Shown here in pieces: positions 1 to 14,049 of a DNA stretch of 63,874 bases (its first letter is position 1; the number at the start of each line of letters is the position of its first letter). Both the position numbers and the translations under genes were made by a program. The notes beneath the pieces are model-generated. The model was given only the letters and a program-made list of their open reading frames with translations, did no database searches and was not told the DNA's origin. Origin of the DNA: Glycera tridactyla (Eukaryota); the NCBI GenBank assembly GCA_965644265.1, contig OZ286477.1:26722001-26785874 (forward strand). The letters are read 5' to 3'.

Positions 1-300
1 TAGCATACAGAGTACCAAGGATTCTCCAAATGAATTTATCAAATTTCGAGGAGGTAGATTAAATTGCTCTATCCTGGAGTACCATACTAAAGCTCAGAAA
101 AATAGCCAATCACATTTATATAACTTTTTTTCTGGAATCCTTGAGGAAAATTCACTGACTTTGTGTCCTGCACTGTGAATCATCAAAAGTGGATCACTTC
201 AGAAATCACTGTGATTTGCATTCCATACCATGCATTATACCTTCATCAAACTGAGAATATATGGTCTAGAAAGTAGATAAGGAGAGATGGTTATAAAATT
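1..300 (-). pseudogene. Possible decayed LRR-like exon module (NLR-type)
   Basis: Minus translation gives M*LAIFLSFSMVL (cf. LAxFLxxMxxL). Shares the exact 19-mer gtagataaggagagatggt (273-291) with 35164-35182; in both copies a GT donor follows TISPYL by about 11 codons. Confidence 0.25.
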
Positions 301-699
301 TGTCTAAGCCTGTGAGTTCAAAATGATGGATTACTGTGTGAATATCCGCTGATGAATTCATATGTGAAGAGGGCTAGGGAGGGGATTGGCTGTATGTGTG
401 TGGTATCATCGTGGTGACAGCAGCTTGGGGTGAGTAGTAGTGGGGCTGGAGAGAACAAGGGATGCTGGTGTTGTTCCAGCCTACCATGGCTCGCTGCTTC
501 CACCCCTTACACTGGTCATCCCCAGATTAGATTGCAGATTAGCATAAGACTAGCTGGTGACCTGATTAGGGTGGAGGGGTGCAGTGGACAGCGCCTGGGG
601 TAGTAGCATCCTCTCCCACGCATGCAGAGGGTTTGTCCCTACCTCGGACCATACATCCCCATCACACACTTATGGCATTTGTCTCTCATAGACCTCAAA

Positions 700-3050
700 G
701 ATTTTAACCTTCTCTGATAAATTGTTCATGGTGCCATCACAGACAATATATACCCAACCCATGATCTTTACTGATGGATATCTTCGTAAGCATAGATTGG
801 ATCATACTTCCCAGACTTTCAAGCTTTGTGAAAGACAACTGAGTGAGATAGTGTGAAATTTGTATGGAGGAGAGGTATATCATTTCCATTCAACTTGTAG
901 CCCATGAAAATGGTTTCAATCTCCACACATTGAACCATTTGATTTATGCCTGTTTCAAGATGTATTTGATACCATCTTGACATATTCATCAACAGAAGAA
1001 AATGTTTTTGAACACCAAACAGTAGTCATGGTCACTGTACTTGATAGTCATTCTGTGGCCATGTGGGATTGTTTGGAAAACACAGCCTCACTCTCGCTGC
1101 TCATGAATAATTCAGTGGTGTCATATTAAGAGTCCCGTATTATATAGAGAACTCCTGTGTTACCAGCTTGTGCCTCGCACACCTAGCATGGAATCTCTTG
1201 CATTCTGAGGAAAGAATGGACTTACCTCGAAACCAGATCGAAGGGCATTCTGTCTTTGGTTGTGCTCAGTCCAATCTGTCACAGTCTATATTCAGCCAAT
1301 CTAGTTACACAATTTCAGGGACATGTGCAGAAGGATGCTCGCTGAGTTATGTGGAGAGCTCCAGATTTTCTCGAAGGTCAGTTGGCTCATACGGCCCATG
1401 AATCAGAAATACCATGGGCCATATCTCAAAATGATGGGCCATCCACAATTCGTCAATGGTCACGGTCCTGGGCCTACCAGAAATCCGAAGCTCTGGTGTG
1501 AGTGGGTTGGAAATCAAGGGTTTCTACAGACGGCAGCCATCGGTGTATGCAGGACATGTTCTTTGAGAGGTGGCTATCGGGGATGACATCCCCCCTCTCT
1601 CACAATGTATTTTGTTATGAGGGGTTGAATGAAAACTTCCCTTCAGATCTCTGTTTTCTGCCTGTAGGTAATTCCTATCAAAATTGAAGTATCATCTTTT
1701 TCCTCATGCTCCCTCTCTTTTTCCGTCGGAAAAATAAATTGCCTGATGGTCTGCCTGTAGCAATTATTCTCAAGCAGTTAATGCAGTTTGGAGAGGATTC
1801 AAAAGCTGCATGAGTTCGCTTGTATGATATCAGATCTCACCATATTTCAGCATGTAGTGGCAAAGGATGAGTGTGATAGCTTATTGGTCAGATGTTTGAC
1901 TTCCGAGAAATATCGATATGTCATCGTTCCCATGACCCTGGTTGTCATGGTGACCAGGCCAGCAAGGATTATTCAACCGGATTTGGACATTTGACTCCAG
2001 CGCCACCTGACAAAGAATATTGGGTCAATTATTTGCGATCATCAAATTAAACATACATGGACTCTCTAAACCTGTATTAGGGTGATGTTGATCTATGCGC
2101 TCCCGTTGAAGATATCCAACCTGAAATGTTGAAATTATCTCAAATTCCATAACTCAAGTGAGACATCCCTAAAACTATGTTTGAAACTCAGATCCCACCC
2201 ATGTTGTATTACTCAGACTAGGTCACAAAACATCTCTGAGCTAAAAGTTTGAGTCCGTATAGCATGAAAAGCTAGCGCCATAGAAAAATATATCATTCTA
2301 GGTGCAAATTTGCTGATTCAATGGTGTCAATTGACCATATAAATCTATCAATGATTTTCCCATACAATGTTAAGGAGAAACTGCAACCTCAAATTAGGTT
2401 CTGATTGTTGGAATATACAGCTGTCTTGGTGTGACTTGCATCAATTTTTAGAGTTGTCACTGTACAAAAAGACTTGTACAAGGCACACCAGTTCTTGGGA
2501 TTAGGGCTGGCCTTGTACTGGGAGCATTGGACACCCATAATTTGGAAACATGGCTGACAGTATTAGAACACGTTGGTTTGAGTATCAGCTTTCGTCCAAT
2601 CGCATAGTTACATATGTAATGATTACTTTGTCTGTTCATTTTGAGCGGGGAGGGGAGGGTCCGAACTATCAGCTATTTCTATTTGACAACCATCATCTTC
2701 TGTTCAGCATGTGTGTAAATGATGCAATCAGGGGACTGACCTTCGAGATTTCATTGACTAGGATTGTATGGCATATCTCTCATTTATCAATGGTTCAATC
2801 TTGACTAAATATTCCATCCCACATCCTCTCAAAACCTCCGCTTTTCAATCTGTCTGTAATTTATTGTCCAGGGTGATGAGGACAATGCTGAAAACAATTG
2901 GACTAATCAGATCAAGACATTCAAAGTGATCGCCTTTCGAGAATGTTGGTAATTTCAATGTAATTCGTTGACAGAAAGAGCACCTACATCACAGTGCTTC
3001 ACTTTTCAAATGGCTTCAAAGGCTTCAAAAATTATGTACAATACATGATG
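700..3050 (-). mobile_element. Heavily decayed LINE ORF2 (RT), probably I/Nimb-like
   Basis: Collinear degenerate RT motifs on minus: SSPWTINY (~2850, cf. SxPGxDxIxY), PNPKNW (~2490), FVT*SE*YNM (cf. FxDLEKAYDM), TFQV (~2125), SPCMFNLMI (2037-2063), NDDISIF (~1910-1930), LQTALT (~1780), DVIPDSHLS (~1560-1590). Many stops and frameshifts; boundaries approximate. Confidence 0.5.
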
Positions 3051-3169
3051 AATCACACAACTCATCTTCCCTCTCGTACTGCTCTCATGTAGGGGGACGT
3101 TTTGAGCGATCTTAATTGAAAAGAAAACTTTCAAAAAGACAAGGTCATGTGAAAAGAGAGGGAGGTCCT

Positions 3170-5400
3170 TTTTCAATCCATTTATTATCGGGAAAATGAA
3201 CGTTATATACATGTTATATATTACAATTCATCTTCATACAATGTTCATGTTTATGATCAATTTGTCCTCATTCCATTGGATGTACTTGTTGCCTTCTTTG
3301 TAGTGCACCCATGTCCACACATACCTGCTCCCACACACACACCCCTACCTTTGTACTCACTCACACATCCCCCACATCCTTTCCTACGTACCAACTCCCA
3401 TCTCTCCACAGAGGCACCCCCTCCCCAACACTCACTCTTTTTGCAATCAAATGATATGTCATCTCCTCTTATCTCCTGGTACCTCTATGAAGTGTATCAC
3501 ACATCAGTAGATGTGCACATACTGCTGTGTCATGCTCGGAACCAGGGTTATATAAGTGCAATTCGAAGACATAACACTTCCATCACTCTCCAATTGGGCA
3601 AATATTCTACCTACTTCTGTCTGAAAGGAAGCTGGCATTCACTCTTAGCCTAATTTCATTTTCAAAAATATATTCAATATTGACCTTTGCTCCGTATTTG
3701 AACTTGGAGATGCACATCGTACCAACTAAGATGCAAACATTTACCGAATGCCTGGTGTCCCTATGAGACATTTATCTCACTGTGACACCAGAAAGTACAG
3801 TCGTTTCACACAGATTGATCTGATCCCAAGTATTCTCTCCACATAAGTTTCTGACTCACCCTACTGTGATAAAAAGGAATGTTCCATAAGGTCAACCACA
3901 CTTCGATATAGAGAGCATCTGTTTTTTTCAACAATACCCAAATTTGACAAGTGGACTGCAGTTGTAGAGACATTATGATATATTTTCAATGCATGTACCC
4001 TGAGCCTTGTCTTCCTTGAGCACTCTCAAGCTATCAACCAATTATCCTTTGTAAGCATGAGCACATCATACTTTTTGGACCAGAATTTGTTCTCCCTTAG
4101 GAATTCTATATCTAACTTCAATCAAAAAACTCAAGATATCCCTGGCATCTAGACCAGTGATTTCTTTTTCCATGAATAGTGGTGTCTGATCTGGTAATGC
4201 CTCGTCATTTTGATGTGATTCCCATTCTTGTGGAACAGCATCCACTAGTGCGTTTTATTGTAGTTAACTCTGGCCATGTTTGCCCACAATACAACAGATT
4301 TCTCGATAAGATATAATTTCACCATCTTTCAAAAGATCTGCAAAGCATGCTATACCTTTTCTGAATCCAGTTCTTGAACTACAGAGTGGACTTTCTATAC
4401 ACGACCTCATGGTTGTTCAACAGACGTTCATAGAAGGGAGTACCTGGGTTCACATCAGTATACTTATACAGAGCATTGTGTGTCAGCCATGATTTCAACA
4501 AATTTTGCCAGAATTGGAGTGGAACTTTGGTTAACCTTTTGAATTGGCACCGTGTGCGATTAGATTAAAAAATCTCTGTCATGAGCCTTGTAGCAAAATT
4601 GTGGTATCTGCGCCTGCAAAGCCTCTGGTTTCTGTATAAGTCTCATAACCCAAAGAATATCAAAATTGTTTTGAAGGTCAACCACATCAATCTTTTACAA
4701 ACCTACAGTCTCATATTCTCACATCTCTTTTAACTTTCTCAAAAGCTGTCCCATCAGAAAACTTCTTTTCCCAAATAAACCTAAAAAGCACTGTGTTGAT
4801 TTCTTTAAGTTTTTTGCCCCTGGAATGGAAAGGGCTTGCATGACACATAACGGCTGTGAGAGCAGAAGAGTTTCAGTGATTAGGATTCTTCCCATGATAG
4901 ATAGGTCACGCTTATGCCACAGTCATACAAACAATGTTGTCATCTTTGTTCTCTAAGTTCAACTCAGTGCAGCTTACAGATTTAGAAAAACTGAAAAAAA
5001 TTCCCAGGATTTCCATATAGCCACCTGCAGGTATCCAAATGATGTCTGGCATGTCATTCTGTTTCTGAAGGCCACTAATCAACATGCCCTTCGTTTTGGC
5101 CCTTTTCAGATTCATGCCTGAGATCCAGCAAAACCTTTGTATCAGCCCCAGCATGTGATGACAAGATTCTATGTCTCAGGCAGATAATGTTGTGTCATCA
5201 GCATATTGAGCAATACAAAGTTCCTACTGCTCACAGTTATCTTGTATCGCAGGCAATTTAATTCCAGTAATCTGGTCATTTTCTCGAATGAGACTACCCA
5301 TCTTTTCAACTGCAATGATAAATGGTAAAGGGGATAATGGACAGCACTGTCATACACCACAGTCTGTTGGGAAGAAAGTGCTCATCCATCCACTGTGTTG
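3170..5400 (-). mobile_element. 5'-truncated, decayed Tx1/L1-clade LINE (RT to C-terminus plus 3' UTR)
   Basis: Minus frame NSGWMSTFFPTDCGV*QCCPLSPLPFIIAVEKMG...IAQYADDTT (YADD at 5194-5205), then FCWISGMNLKRAKT...MEILGIFF and RDLSIMGRILITETLLLSQ. GT-rich 3' UTR about 3250-3600; AATAAA on minus at 3181-3186 followed by an A-rich tract. Confidence 0.85.
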
Positions 5401-5429
5401 AATGCAGCTCTCTGTCTCACAAGTCAGAA

Positions 5430-6560
5430 CTCGGAACAATTTAGTGGACAAGGTCTATCAAATCGCATATCAATTTATTGGACAAGATTTACCAAGTTCC
5501 GGACAATGGTTGCCCAATTGGCGTGCTTTTCCTGGATCTGAAATAGGCATTTGATACTGATGATCACCACACATTATCATGCAAATAACGCCATCTAGGT
5601 GTTCGCCCCATGCTATACGTTGGTTTAGCTTTCACTCAGGTGACAGAAAACAATGAACTTGATGGAATTCCATCCTACGTTGATATCCAATATGGAGTAC
5701 CACATGGGTATGGGCCCCTGCTTTTCATCACTTACGTCAATGTTCTGCCCAGTGTATTGCTACATGGGCAGGCATTACTACATGCTTACGACACAGTAAT
5801 TGTTTTCAGAGGCTCCACTAGAGTTCCATGTTGGTCGGGCTTGTCTCTCCAACTTTATTTCCAAGATGAAGCTAACGCTACATGTTCAAAAGTCAAATAT
5901 TACTTTTTTTGGCACATGGCCTGAGTTGGCATAAACATGTGAGGAACTACAATTTGGCGATAAGAACATCGCAGCATTCCAGTGTACAAATATGTTAGCA
6001 TCCTCCTGGATAAGACGCTTACTTTTGAGAACCATTTTAGCATGCTTAGTAGTGAGGTAGCTTCGAAAGGTACAGAGATGATGGATATCCGCAGTCTACT
6101 GACTTTAGAGAAGGCCAAATCAATATACAATGGCCCAGTGCATCCGTTTTTTTCCTTATAACAACATTATTTATGATGTCATGGGACTAACACAAGTATA
6201 TGGATTGCAGATGTCACAGAACCACTGCCCGGGAGCTGTGTTGGCCAATACTGAGTGCTGCTCTGCAACGAAGTTGTAGGAATTGTTTATGATCCTATTT
6301 GTACATGTGACGAGAGAGCGCAACTTTGCTTTACATTTCTATAAGAGCCAGTGGGTGGGACATGCCCATATGATGTTCTCAACATATCAATGGACAAGCT
6401 CAGTAAGCATGAGAACCAAGTGCCAGTTCGAGAAATGTGAGCTGTACATTCCTCGTCGTAAATGATTTGTTTGCAAAAAGAAATATGAGTATACATGGTG
6501 CCATTGTTCGGAACTCACTCAGCTCTGATCTGTGCAATGCGGATTCAGTGGCTATATTCT
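5430..6560 (+). mobile_element. Decayed L2/CR1-group LINE RT fragment
   Basis: Plus strand VLFLDLK*AFDTDDHHTL (5521-5575), GVPHGYGPLLFITYVNVLP (~5694-5750), LHAYDTV (degenerate YADDT), YKYVSILLDKTLTFENH, LLTLEKAKSIYNGPVHPFF. Confidence 0.85.
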
Positions 6561-6949
6561 AGAAAATAGTGAAATTTGGAATCATGCTCTAGAACTCTCT
6601 GTGGTTGTCTCAAAGTTCTGCCATATGTCATATATAAGGAAATCAATTTATTCATCCTGATAACGTCCTTCGATGTCACTCACACGGGGAAAGGTGGATT
6701 TTTTGGCTTATTGATGTGAAAGGTACAGTCATGAGTGAGACCCCATCTAATTATGATAATAGTGATGTGCATTTACATTCTGATGAAACTTAAGGGCGCT
6801 TCACATAGGTCATGCATGACATGACATAACATGACGTCATAAATCCATGCTGGGGGGAGGCAGTGAACAAGTGTGGCATGAGTCCAGATTGAGAGTAGTA
6901 GAAGTAGGTGCAGAATTGAAAGACACAGGTAGAGTTTGTCATTAATTTG

Positions 6950-9400
6950 TTCGAGGTTTAATGACATGTATCAACCTACAGGACCATGTATGCCATGTGT
7001 TCTTTGTCAATGAAAGCTTGATGCTTTCTCCTATGCAGACATCACTCCCACAAATCCTGAACACAAGATGATGGGGAACTTTGAAGGTTGTCAAATGGAA
7101 GTGGCAGATGGTTCAGACACACCTCCAACTACACTAAATGAACATATTATAGTTATATAGAGTTGGAGAAGCATGGGCAATGGCGTGGTTCCTCAGGTTA
7201 TAAGAGTATCTTACAAACTATGGAAACATGTTTGACAGAGTAGCAAAGAGGACACGAAGAGGTGTCATCCGCATTTGTGACAAGTAGGCCTTGGATATCA
7301 TTGTGGAAGGGATAGTAAGTTTTTTGGTGCCAGTGGCTTGCTTCTAGGATTGATTTGAGATGCTGATGCAGGACACTGTTTTTGGCGGCACACTCCATAA
7401 CAAGTTGGAGCTTGCTAATCCAGGACTTGTGTAGGCACTTGAGTGCACTTTGGCTATATTGAAGTTTGGAGAAAATCAGAGAGTGGATCCTGCTCTTTGT
7501 AGAATCCAATGTCATGTATTCTGAGGTCGACTATTTTGTGCAGTTGAAACAGGGCATATAGATTTCCGGCTTAGCCTAGATGATATCATCCCAGTACATG
7601 GCCATCTTTCCCCACGGATCGGAGAGCTTCTTGGTCCTCAAATGTCTAGTGAAGCTGTGCATAAATATGAATGTTTCTGCTTCAATACTATGTTTTCACG
7701 AGGCACAATGTAATGTTGAATAGGATGTGACCAAGGACAAATCCTTGAGGGGTGGCCTAGTGCAGTTTCTAGCTAGGAGACTGAGAACAAAGCAACCTAA
7801 ATGCTTCATCATTATTCGTGCAACTACAAAGAGCATTCAAATTGCAACTTCTCACAACTCTTCAGAATTGGAACACGCACAAAGTGAGTGTTCGGAAATT
7901 CATTTCAGCTTCAAACCGCAGAAAAATAACTCACACATTCACAGTTCATCTGGCAGAGACTCTCGTTTGCTGCATGGAGGCCATGTCAATTGATAATTTC
8001 CAATTGTTCCGTGCATATGGATGAGCTCTGCAAAACTACTCTCAAGCCCAACCTGGTTTTCCTTTGGATTTTCCCATATGTGAATGGTATGATTCTTACG
8101 GATCACCGGATCACTGTTAAGCATCCCTGTCAACACTACAGAGAATTCCCAGATTATCTCATGCATGCTCAACCATGGATTCCCAAACTATCGTCGAAGC
8201 GATGGAGATATTTGGCTCTTGGCTGGCCAAAGTATCCTTGTCAGATCGAATAGATAGCTGACTGCTTGGAGCATGATGAAACTGTGTGTGCATTAAAACT
8301 GGGCTGCTCTCATATAGTCGAATATGTTATCCGATCCCGCATCCATATGCACCTGCAAAGAAAAAGGTTCGAAGGAAGTTGATTTTGAACGATTTGAGAT
8401 ATATTTTTATCCAATGAATACAATACAATGACAGTCATTGCGTTTTTTGCATGTTCGATTGAAGGTTTTGGTGCGCAACTACCAACCTCGGTACAGGCAC
8501 AAAGCATACAAGTCTAGATTGGGCCAGGAAATACCTTAGAACAGCAAAATCAATCCGAAAAATCAACTCTATTTAGATCAAATTTTGCATTAACATGGCC
8601 TTTCCAGGTTTCATATCTCATGAGTGGCGATGACTACTCATTGTTTCATGAATAGGCTCAACATTATCGAGTGAATAGAAACTGGTATAGGCCGACAATA
8701 CAGGTCTGAGATTCATTCAAGTCGACAAACTCCCAAGATATCTAGAATCACCTCAAACTGTGAAATGTGCACATGATCGCCAATAAAAGAGTTTCGAGTT
8801 CGACTTGTCAATTAGCACATCTATGTCCAAACATTTGTGTAGGCATTATTCTGAATGTTTAATAGGCTTGATGTCTTATCGGCAATTGAAGGAATGTGAT
8901 GCACTTCAATGGTTTTTAATTCATGTAGATTGCAAACTTACCACCTGAAGCTGTTGGCAATTGCAATGTTTGGATCGATTTCGAGAGGCCATTATCGTTG
9001 TCTTTGGTACTCTTCACTTGTGTCTGTGATGTAGTATACGGTGATAATGGCAGCACTAATTGCTTATCCAGCTAGTTGGTATGTTTTTTTCTTACCAATA
9101 ATTACTGCTGATTCGTTTCTTCAACACCTGCCAATTCAGCCTTCCTACAATCATTGTCTGCACGTTCCTTTCCATTATCACAAGTCTCCATGCTTCTTTC
9201 AGTAGAATTATTCATACAGAATGACCCTACTATCTTGAAACAAAGGTTTCTGAAGTGGAGAAAACTTTCGTGAAGGGTAATTTTCAGTTTATAAGATGAT
9301 ATTCCTATCAAATAAAGTATTGCTATATGTCCTAAATGACTTTGCAAATTGGGACATTTTGCAATGGTTTGAAAATTAGTCATATGAATGTACCGGAAAC
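6950..9400 (-). mobile_element. Decayed L2-clade LINE ORF2 remnant
   Basis: ORF 7198-7515 SLIFSKLQYSQS...ISKLQLVMECAAK...ILEASHW matches the L2 C-terminal pattern LIxSKLDYCNS...IxKLQxVQNxAAR...LHW. Upstream LFDLT (~8240) and LDKNISQIVQNQL. Ends uncertain. Confidence 0.65.
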
Positions 9401-10329
9401 AGGCATCTCATCAATGAATATCAGTCTATCACAGCATGAATCTCGAGATAACCATTTGTGTATAAGGGGCAAATATTGAGTTGAATGATCAGAATTGCGA
9501 CTATATGTCCTTATGTTCCAGCGAATAAACAAAAGTGAATATGGATGAAATGTTTGAATGCCCCATTATGTTTTAGATATCCTATGGACCAACAATCCTC
9601 AATTTTCATTATGAAAGGTATCTCCTAAATCATTCTAGACCAACAAGAATATTGTGCTCATCGACAGAACATCACTTTCTAAGTGAAAAGACATATCATC
9701 GCGGACGAACTATTACTTATTGAAGAAAACCTGAGTGGTTCTTTCAGATGTGACCCTTGATTGTATGATATGATGCTGGTTTCATACCCGGTAGATGAAG
9801 AGGGTTGACGGGTGTATATGGGAGGGGGCGCTGAGATAGGTGGGGGGGGGGGGTGCTTTTTATTCCGGGAAAACATTCATGTAGGGCAAGGTGACTGCGT
9901 GTGATAGAGAATATACTACCCCCCTTATTCATCCTGTGTCTCAACATGTTCCTTCATGGTTTCAAAAGGAGAAACAGATAGCAAGGGGCAGGTAGCGTGG
10001 GATCTGCCATATGTATTACCATAGACAAATGCATTAGTGAAGAGGGTTAAGGGAGGGCCGGAGGTATACGCTGTGGCTGTGCTTGATTTTGAGCGCGGGG
10101 TTATGAGGTGGGGCGGGGTTCTGCATGATCAGCTTCAGGTGAGTTTCTCCATCACAACATTGCCTATGGTATATCATGAATATTTTTGCTTCGAATTCGA
10201 ATTCGAATTTGCCCGCATCGGCGGTTGCTATCCGTTCTCGAATCCTCAGGGATAGATAACCTATTGGATCATCCGATCATGACCTCGGGACGATCGTCTC
10301 CATCCATGAAGGATGAGATGTCAAAGGTT

Positions 10330-10980
10330 TTCAAACCTTGGGAAATTTGAGAGGTTTGATAACGATAAAGCCTAATACAGAGTGTAATAGACAAGGGATG
10401 TTGAAGAGATAAGACAGGTGCCTATCATACAATGATGAATTCCCAATGTGGGTGGAGATGTCACAGAATTGATAACAGAGAAGATTTCAATCTTGGTCAA
10501 TTTGCTTGCAATTGGATCTCCTTGGCAAGAATGATGGACAACCCATCACATCCTTTATGATTGATTGAGAACTGTACCGCTTTAACCTTTATTCAGTCAT
10601 TCATTGATGATGTGGCAAACTTCTCATATTTCAAGTAGGCTGAACTCATTAGATATCAATCAAGAATGATAATGTCAGGGATATGATTCTTCCGCGGATT
10701 TTCGGGTCTTTGAAGACAATCAGCAGGCCATGAACATGACTGCAGGGAGCCTTCTCTGCTGAGTATTTTGGCTTTTAGATCATGAAGATCGGACCAGTAT
10801 TAGTGGAGATGGATTACAATGTTTGTATGGAGTTCGGGTGCCGAGATTCCCGTTTATCGACTATACCTGCCGGGTCGGGGAAGGGGACGGGTTTACCGAT
10901 AGAGTGCTTGAGTTGGGCTTAACGTACCTTCGACCAAGGCAGGATTACTCGAGAGTGGCCGGTCCTGAAGATTTTCAACA
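10330..10980 (+). mobile_element. Possible very old LINE RT remnant
   Basis: Weak ordered hints only: FSNLGKFERFD, QSFIDDV, EYFGF*I. Confidence 0.2.
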
Positions 10981-11004
10981 TGTGGTTTCATGTCTGTATT
11001 CCAT

Positions 11005-11130
11005 TTTCATCATCATCATCATCACCACCACCACCACCACCATCATCACAACCACCATCAGGCGCCATTATCATTTTCATCTACCACCCCTTCTGATAAT
11101 ACTACTTCTACTACAACTACAACAACAACA

Positions 11131-11198
<68 letters not shown>

Positions 11199-11236
11199 CA
11201 CTACCACTACCACTCTCTATACCACTACTACTTTTA

Positions 11237-11300
<64 letters not shown>

Positions 11301-11318
11301 CACAACTACTACTTCTGC
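11005..11318. repeat. Compound trinucleotide microsatellite (CAT)n-(CAC)n-(ACT)n
   Basis: Directly visible; generates the spurious poly-His/Thr/Leu ORFs. Confidence 0.98.
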
Positions 11319-12433
11319 TACGGGGATGCCTATACTTTCACTTCTCAGTGTGCTGCTGTCTCTTCCTTCTTCTTTTCCCTCTTTGTATACTACCTACCCA
11401 CAACTCGAGGTTGATGACGTGGTTGCATCCACCAGATTGCGCTACGGCAAAATATATTCTGTATAAAATGGCGGGTACACCGTTTGTGGTTGGAGTAAAA
11501 TCAACATCGATTCATCTTTTGTGTTGGATACCAACTCCAGTATATTTCAGATAGATCAATCTTGATTCAAGCATGTCGTTCTAGACATCGTGACCGGGAA
11601 GGCCTATTCTCTAAATTGTCTTGACCGCCCCCCCCCCTTTTTGACCTGTTTTATTCCAAGAATAGGTTCAGCATGACTGTCATTATGTGGGTCAAGTCAA
11701 TTTTATGTTAATAAATGCGTGGACTGGGCGAAATTTGGGGACTAGTTTGTGCTATTATCGCAGACATATTCCAACCGATATACAAATATTTAGACAATTC
11801 CACAAAGGGCGCGGGCGGGAATATGCACTTGACGCTGGGATAAACGGTACAACACAGTGTTGAAGCAGAGATGTCGTCGCCGCCATCTTGAAAATGTGTA
11901 TTCTCACGCAAGCGTACCATAGTCGCAACGTCATCTCCGTACCCCGACGCCATGCACTGGAGGTAAACTGTGCATCAATAGTAGAAATGGATGTTCCCTC
12001 TTTCAACCTTACTTTGAGCTTGTGATTCTGTGAATGCTTTCTGACTGCCACTTAATGCGTTCTCTGTAATACTCAGATATATACGGTTTACATGTTTTCC
12101 AATTTATGTCACCATTCGGAGTGATATTGTCAGTATCACTCATTAGCATATAATCTGTTCATTGTAGGTCAGGTCTAGTCCCTTTTGGAAACCATTTTGT
12201 CATAGCTAGGTCAGTGGTTCACAGAGGTCCTCTTTACTTTCTTCCCTCATTCCATTCAGATTCGACTTCAGTCCAAAGAAATATCGATCCTAATGGCTAG
12301 GGTTAAACTCGCTAAACCTTTCCCGTTTTTACTATCCATTGCTTACTACTGTAGGGATGCCAACCACTACTTTTTATGCCTAACTTTTCGCATTTCACGA
12401 GTGATGAAAAACAATAATTTCAATTGCATTTAC

Positions 12434-12581
12434 CAACGCAGCCACTCTGAAATTGACTCTGCTGGTACTTCCGTTCAGCCGAGCCTGGTATTCCTGCAAC
12501 TGAATTTCAGACCATCGCATTTCTTTGTTCGGACTAGTTTGAATAACAATGACTACGAAAGCGAATTTATTTTTGTCGAAA
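12434..12581 (-). CDS. Candidate isolated exon, unknown product
   Basis: ttgttctataccacag acceptor, 148-nt open frame FDKNKFAFVVIVIQTSPNKEMRWSEIQLQEYQARLNGSTSRVNFRVAAL, gtaaat donor. No homology recognised. Confidence 0.25.
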
Positions 12582-13763
12582 CTGTGGTATAGAACAAACT
12601 CCAACATACTCATTCACCAGGTTGTAAATGATTATGATAACTTCCAGTTTTGAAAAGGATATAATTTACTAGAGTCATATAGAATTCGTATTTTTATGAT
12701 GATATACACACCGAGCTATTATAACGGTATGTGCATTGGTTTTATATTTAATACTGGTGGTAAAACTTGTTAGTCTTTAGTATATTATACCATGTATATG
12801 CTATTGTGGAAACATAAATTTCGAACATTGTATATATGTAATAAATTCGATGCCCATGGGTCTCAATGATGATACAAATTCGGAGCGCTATTGAAATGAT
12901 GCAATTTTGGAATGGTTCTTGCCTTTGAGATGTTCAAAAGAAAATCCATTGGTTGCACATGAAACCCGAATCAGAGTGATAGACTTCTCCCAACATCGGG
13001 ATACCGAGGGAACTATCATAAAAACACCTTCCGACCTCATACAGTTAGAGATATATGACATGATTTCTAGTCATTGTCCGATGCAGGAACTTCATTATTT
13101 TCATGAGAATGAGACAGAGAGTACTTTCGGATTAGGCAGTTGGTAGACAGGATTTCCAGCATATTCTCTGTTATCGGCCGAGACCACGATAGGGAAGTTC
13201 GTAGTGGAATAAGATAGAAAGGAGTGAACTATATTCTATCTAGTAACGCAATATGGACGTATATGTAGTTGACCCTAGGATAATATGAAATTGCACAATG
13301 TATCAAAAACATAACGAATATACAGCATAATTANNNNNNNNNNNNNNNNNNNNNNNNNNNNNNNNNNNNNNNNNNNNNNNNNNNNNNNNNNNNNNNNNNN
13401 NNNNNNNNNNNNNNNNNNNNNNNNNNNNNNNNNNNNNNNNNNNNNNNNNNNNNNNNNNNNNNNNNNNNNNNNNNNNNNNNNNNNNNNTGGATGGTTCAAA
13501 GAATAAATGAACATCCATCATTCAGATTATGAATTCAATTCGACATTCCCACTCGTTCACACTTCGCATATATCCAAAAGCAGATTCACCCGGTTAACAG
13601 CACTTGAGCTAGAAAATTCGGGTTGGATTAATGCTCCCAGTAACGCTAAATATATGCTACATATTTGGCTGAGGAAAGAGAGAACGCATGATATCTGCAC
13701 CCTTTAAAGGCGCCTCTTGATCTGGATAATTGGGTATTATATTAATAAATGAATAAATAAATA

Positions 13764-13766
<3 letters not shown>

Positions 13767-13802
<36 letters not shown>
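13767..13802. repeat. (AT)n microsatellite
   Basis: Directly visible. Confidence 0.98.
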
Positions 13803-13805
<3 letters not shown>

Positions 13806-14049
13806 CCGTATTTCGGGATCAATTCTAGAGGAGGGATATGAGATTGAAACGATTTAATCCTGAAATAAGGCATATGTTATTGTATGAGAATAATTTGTAT
13901 ATAGAGTAAACAATGGAGAAAGCAAATAATCAAACATGAGCTCTTAGTTATGCATTGCGTTCAAACTATGTATTCACTGGGGAGAGAGGATGCTTGGTTA
14001 GAGTGCACTAACTAATATGCGTAATATTAGTCAAGATTAGATCCTACAG

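Noticed and set aside
9825-9860. G-quadruplex candidates at G-runs (also ~22905, ~33855, ~54820)
   Set aside because: Mostly single homopolymer runs inside repeats; no evidence of function.
10823-11554. 243-aa and 158-aa ORFs (poly-Leu, poly-His/Thr, mucin-like)
   Set aside because: Produced by the (CAT)(CAC)(ACT) microsatellite; no flanking coding context.
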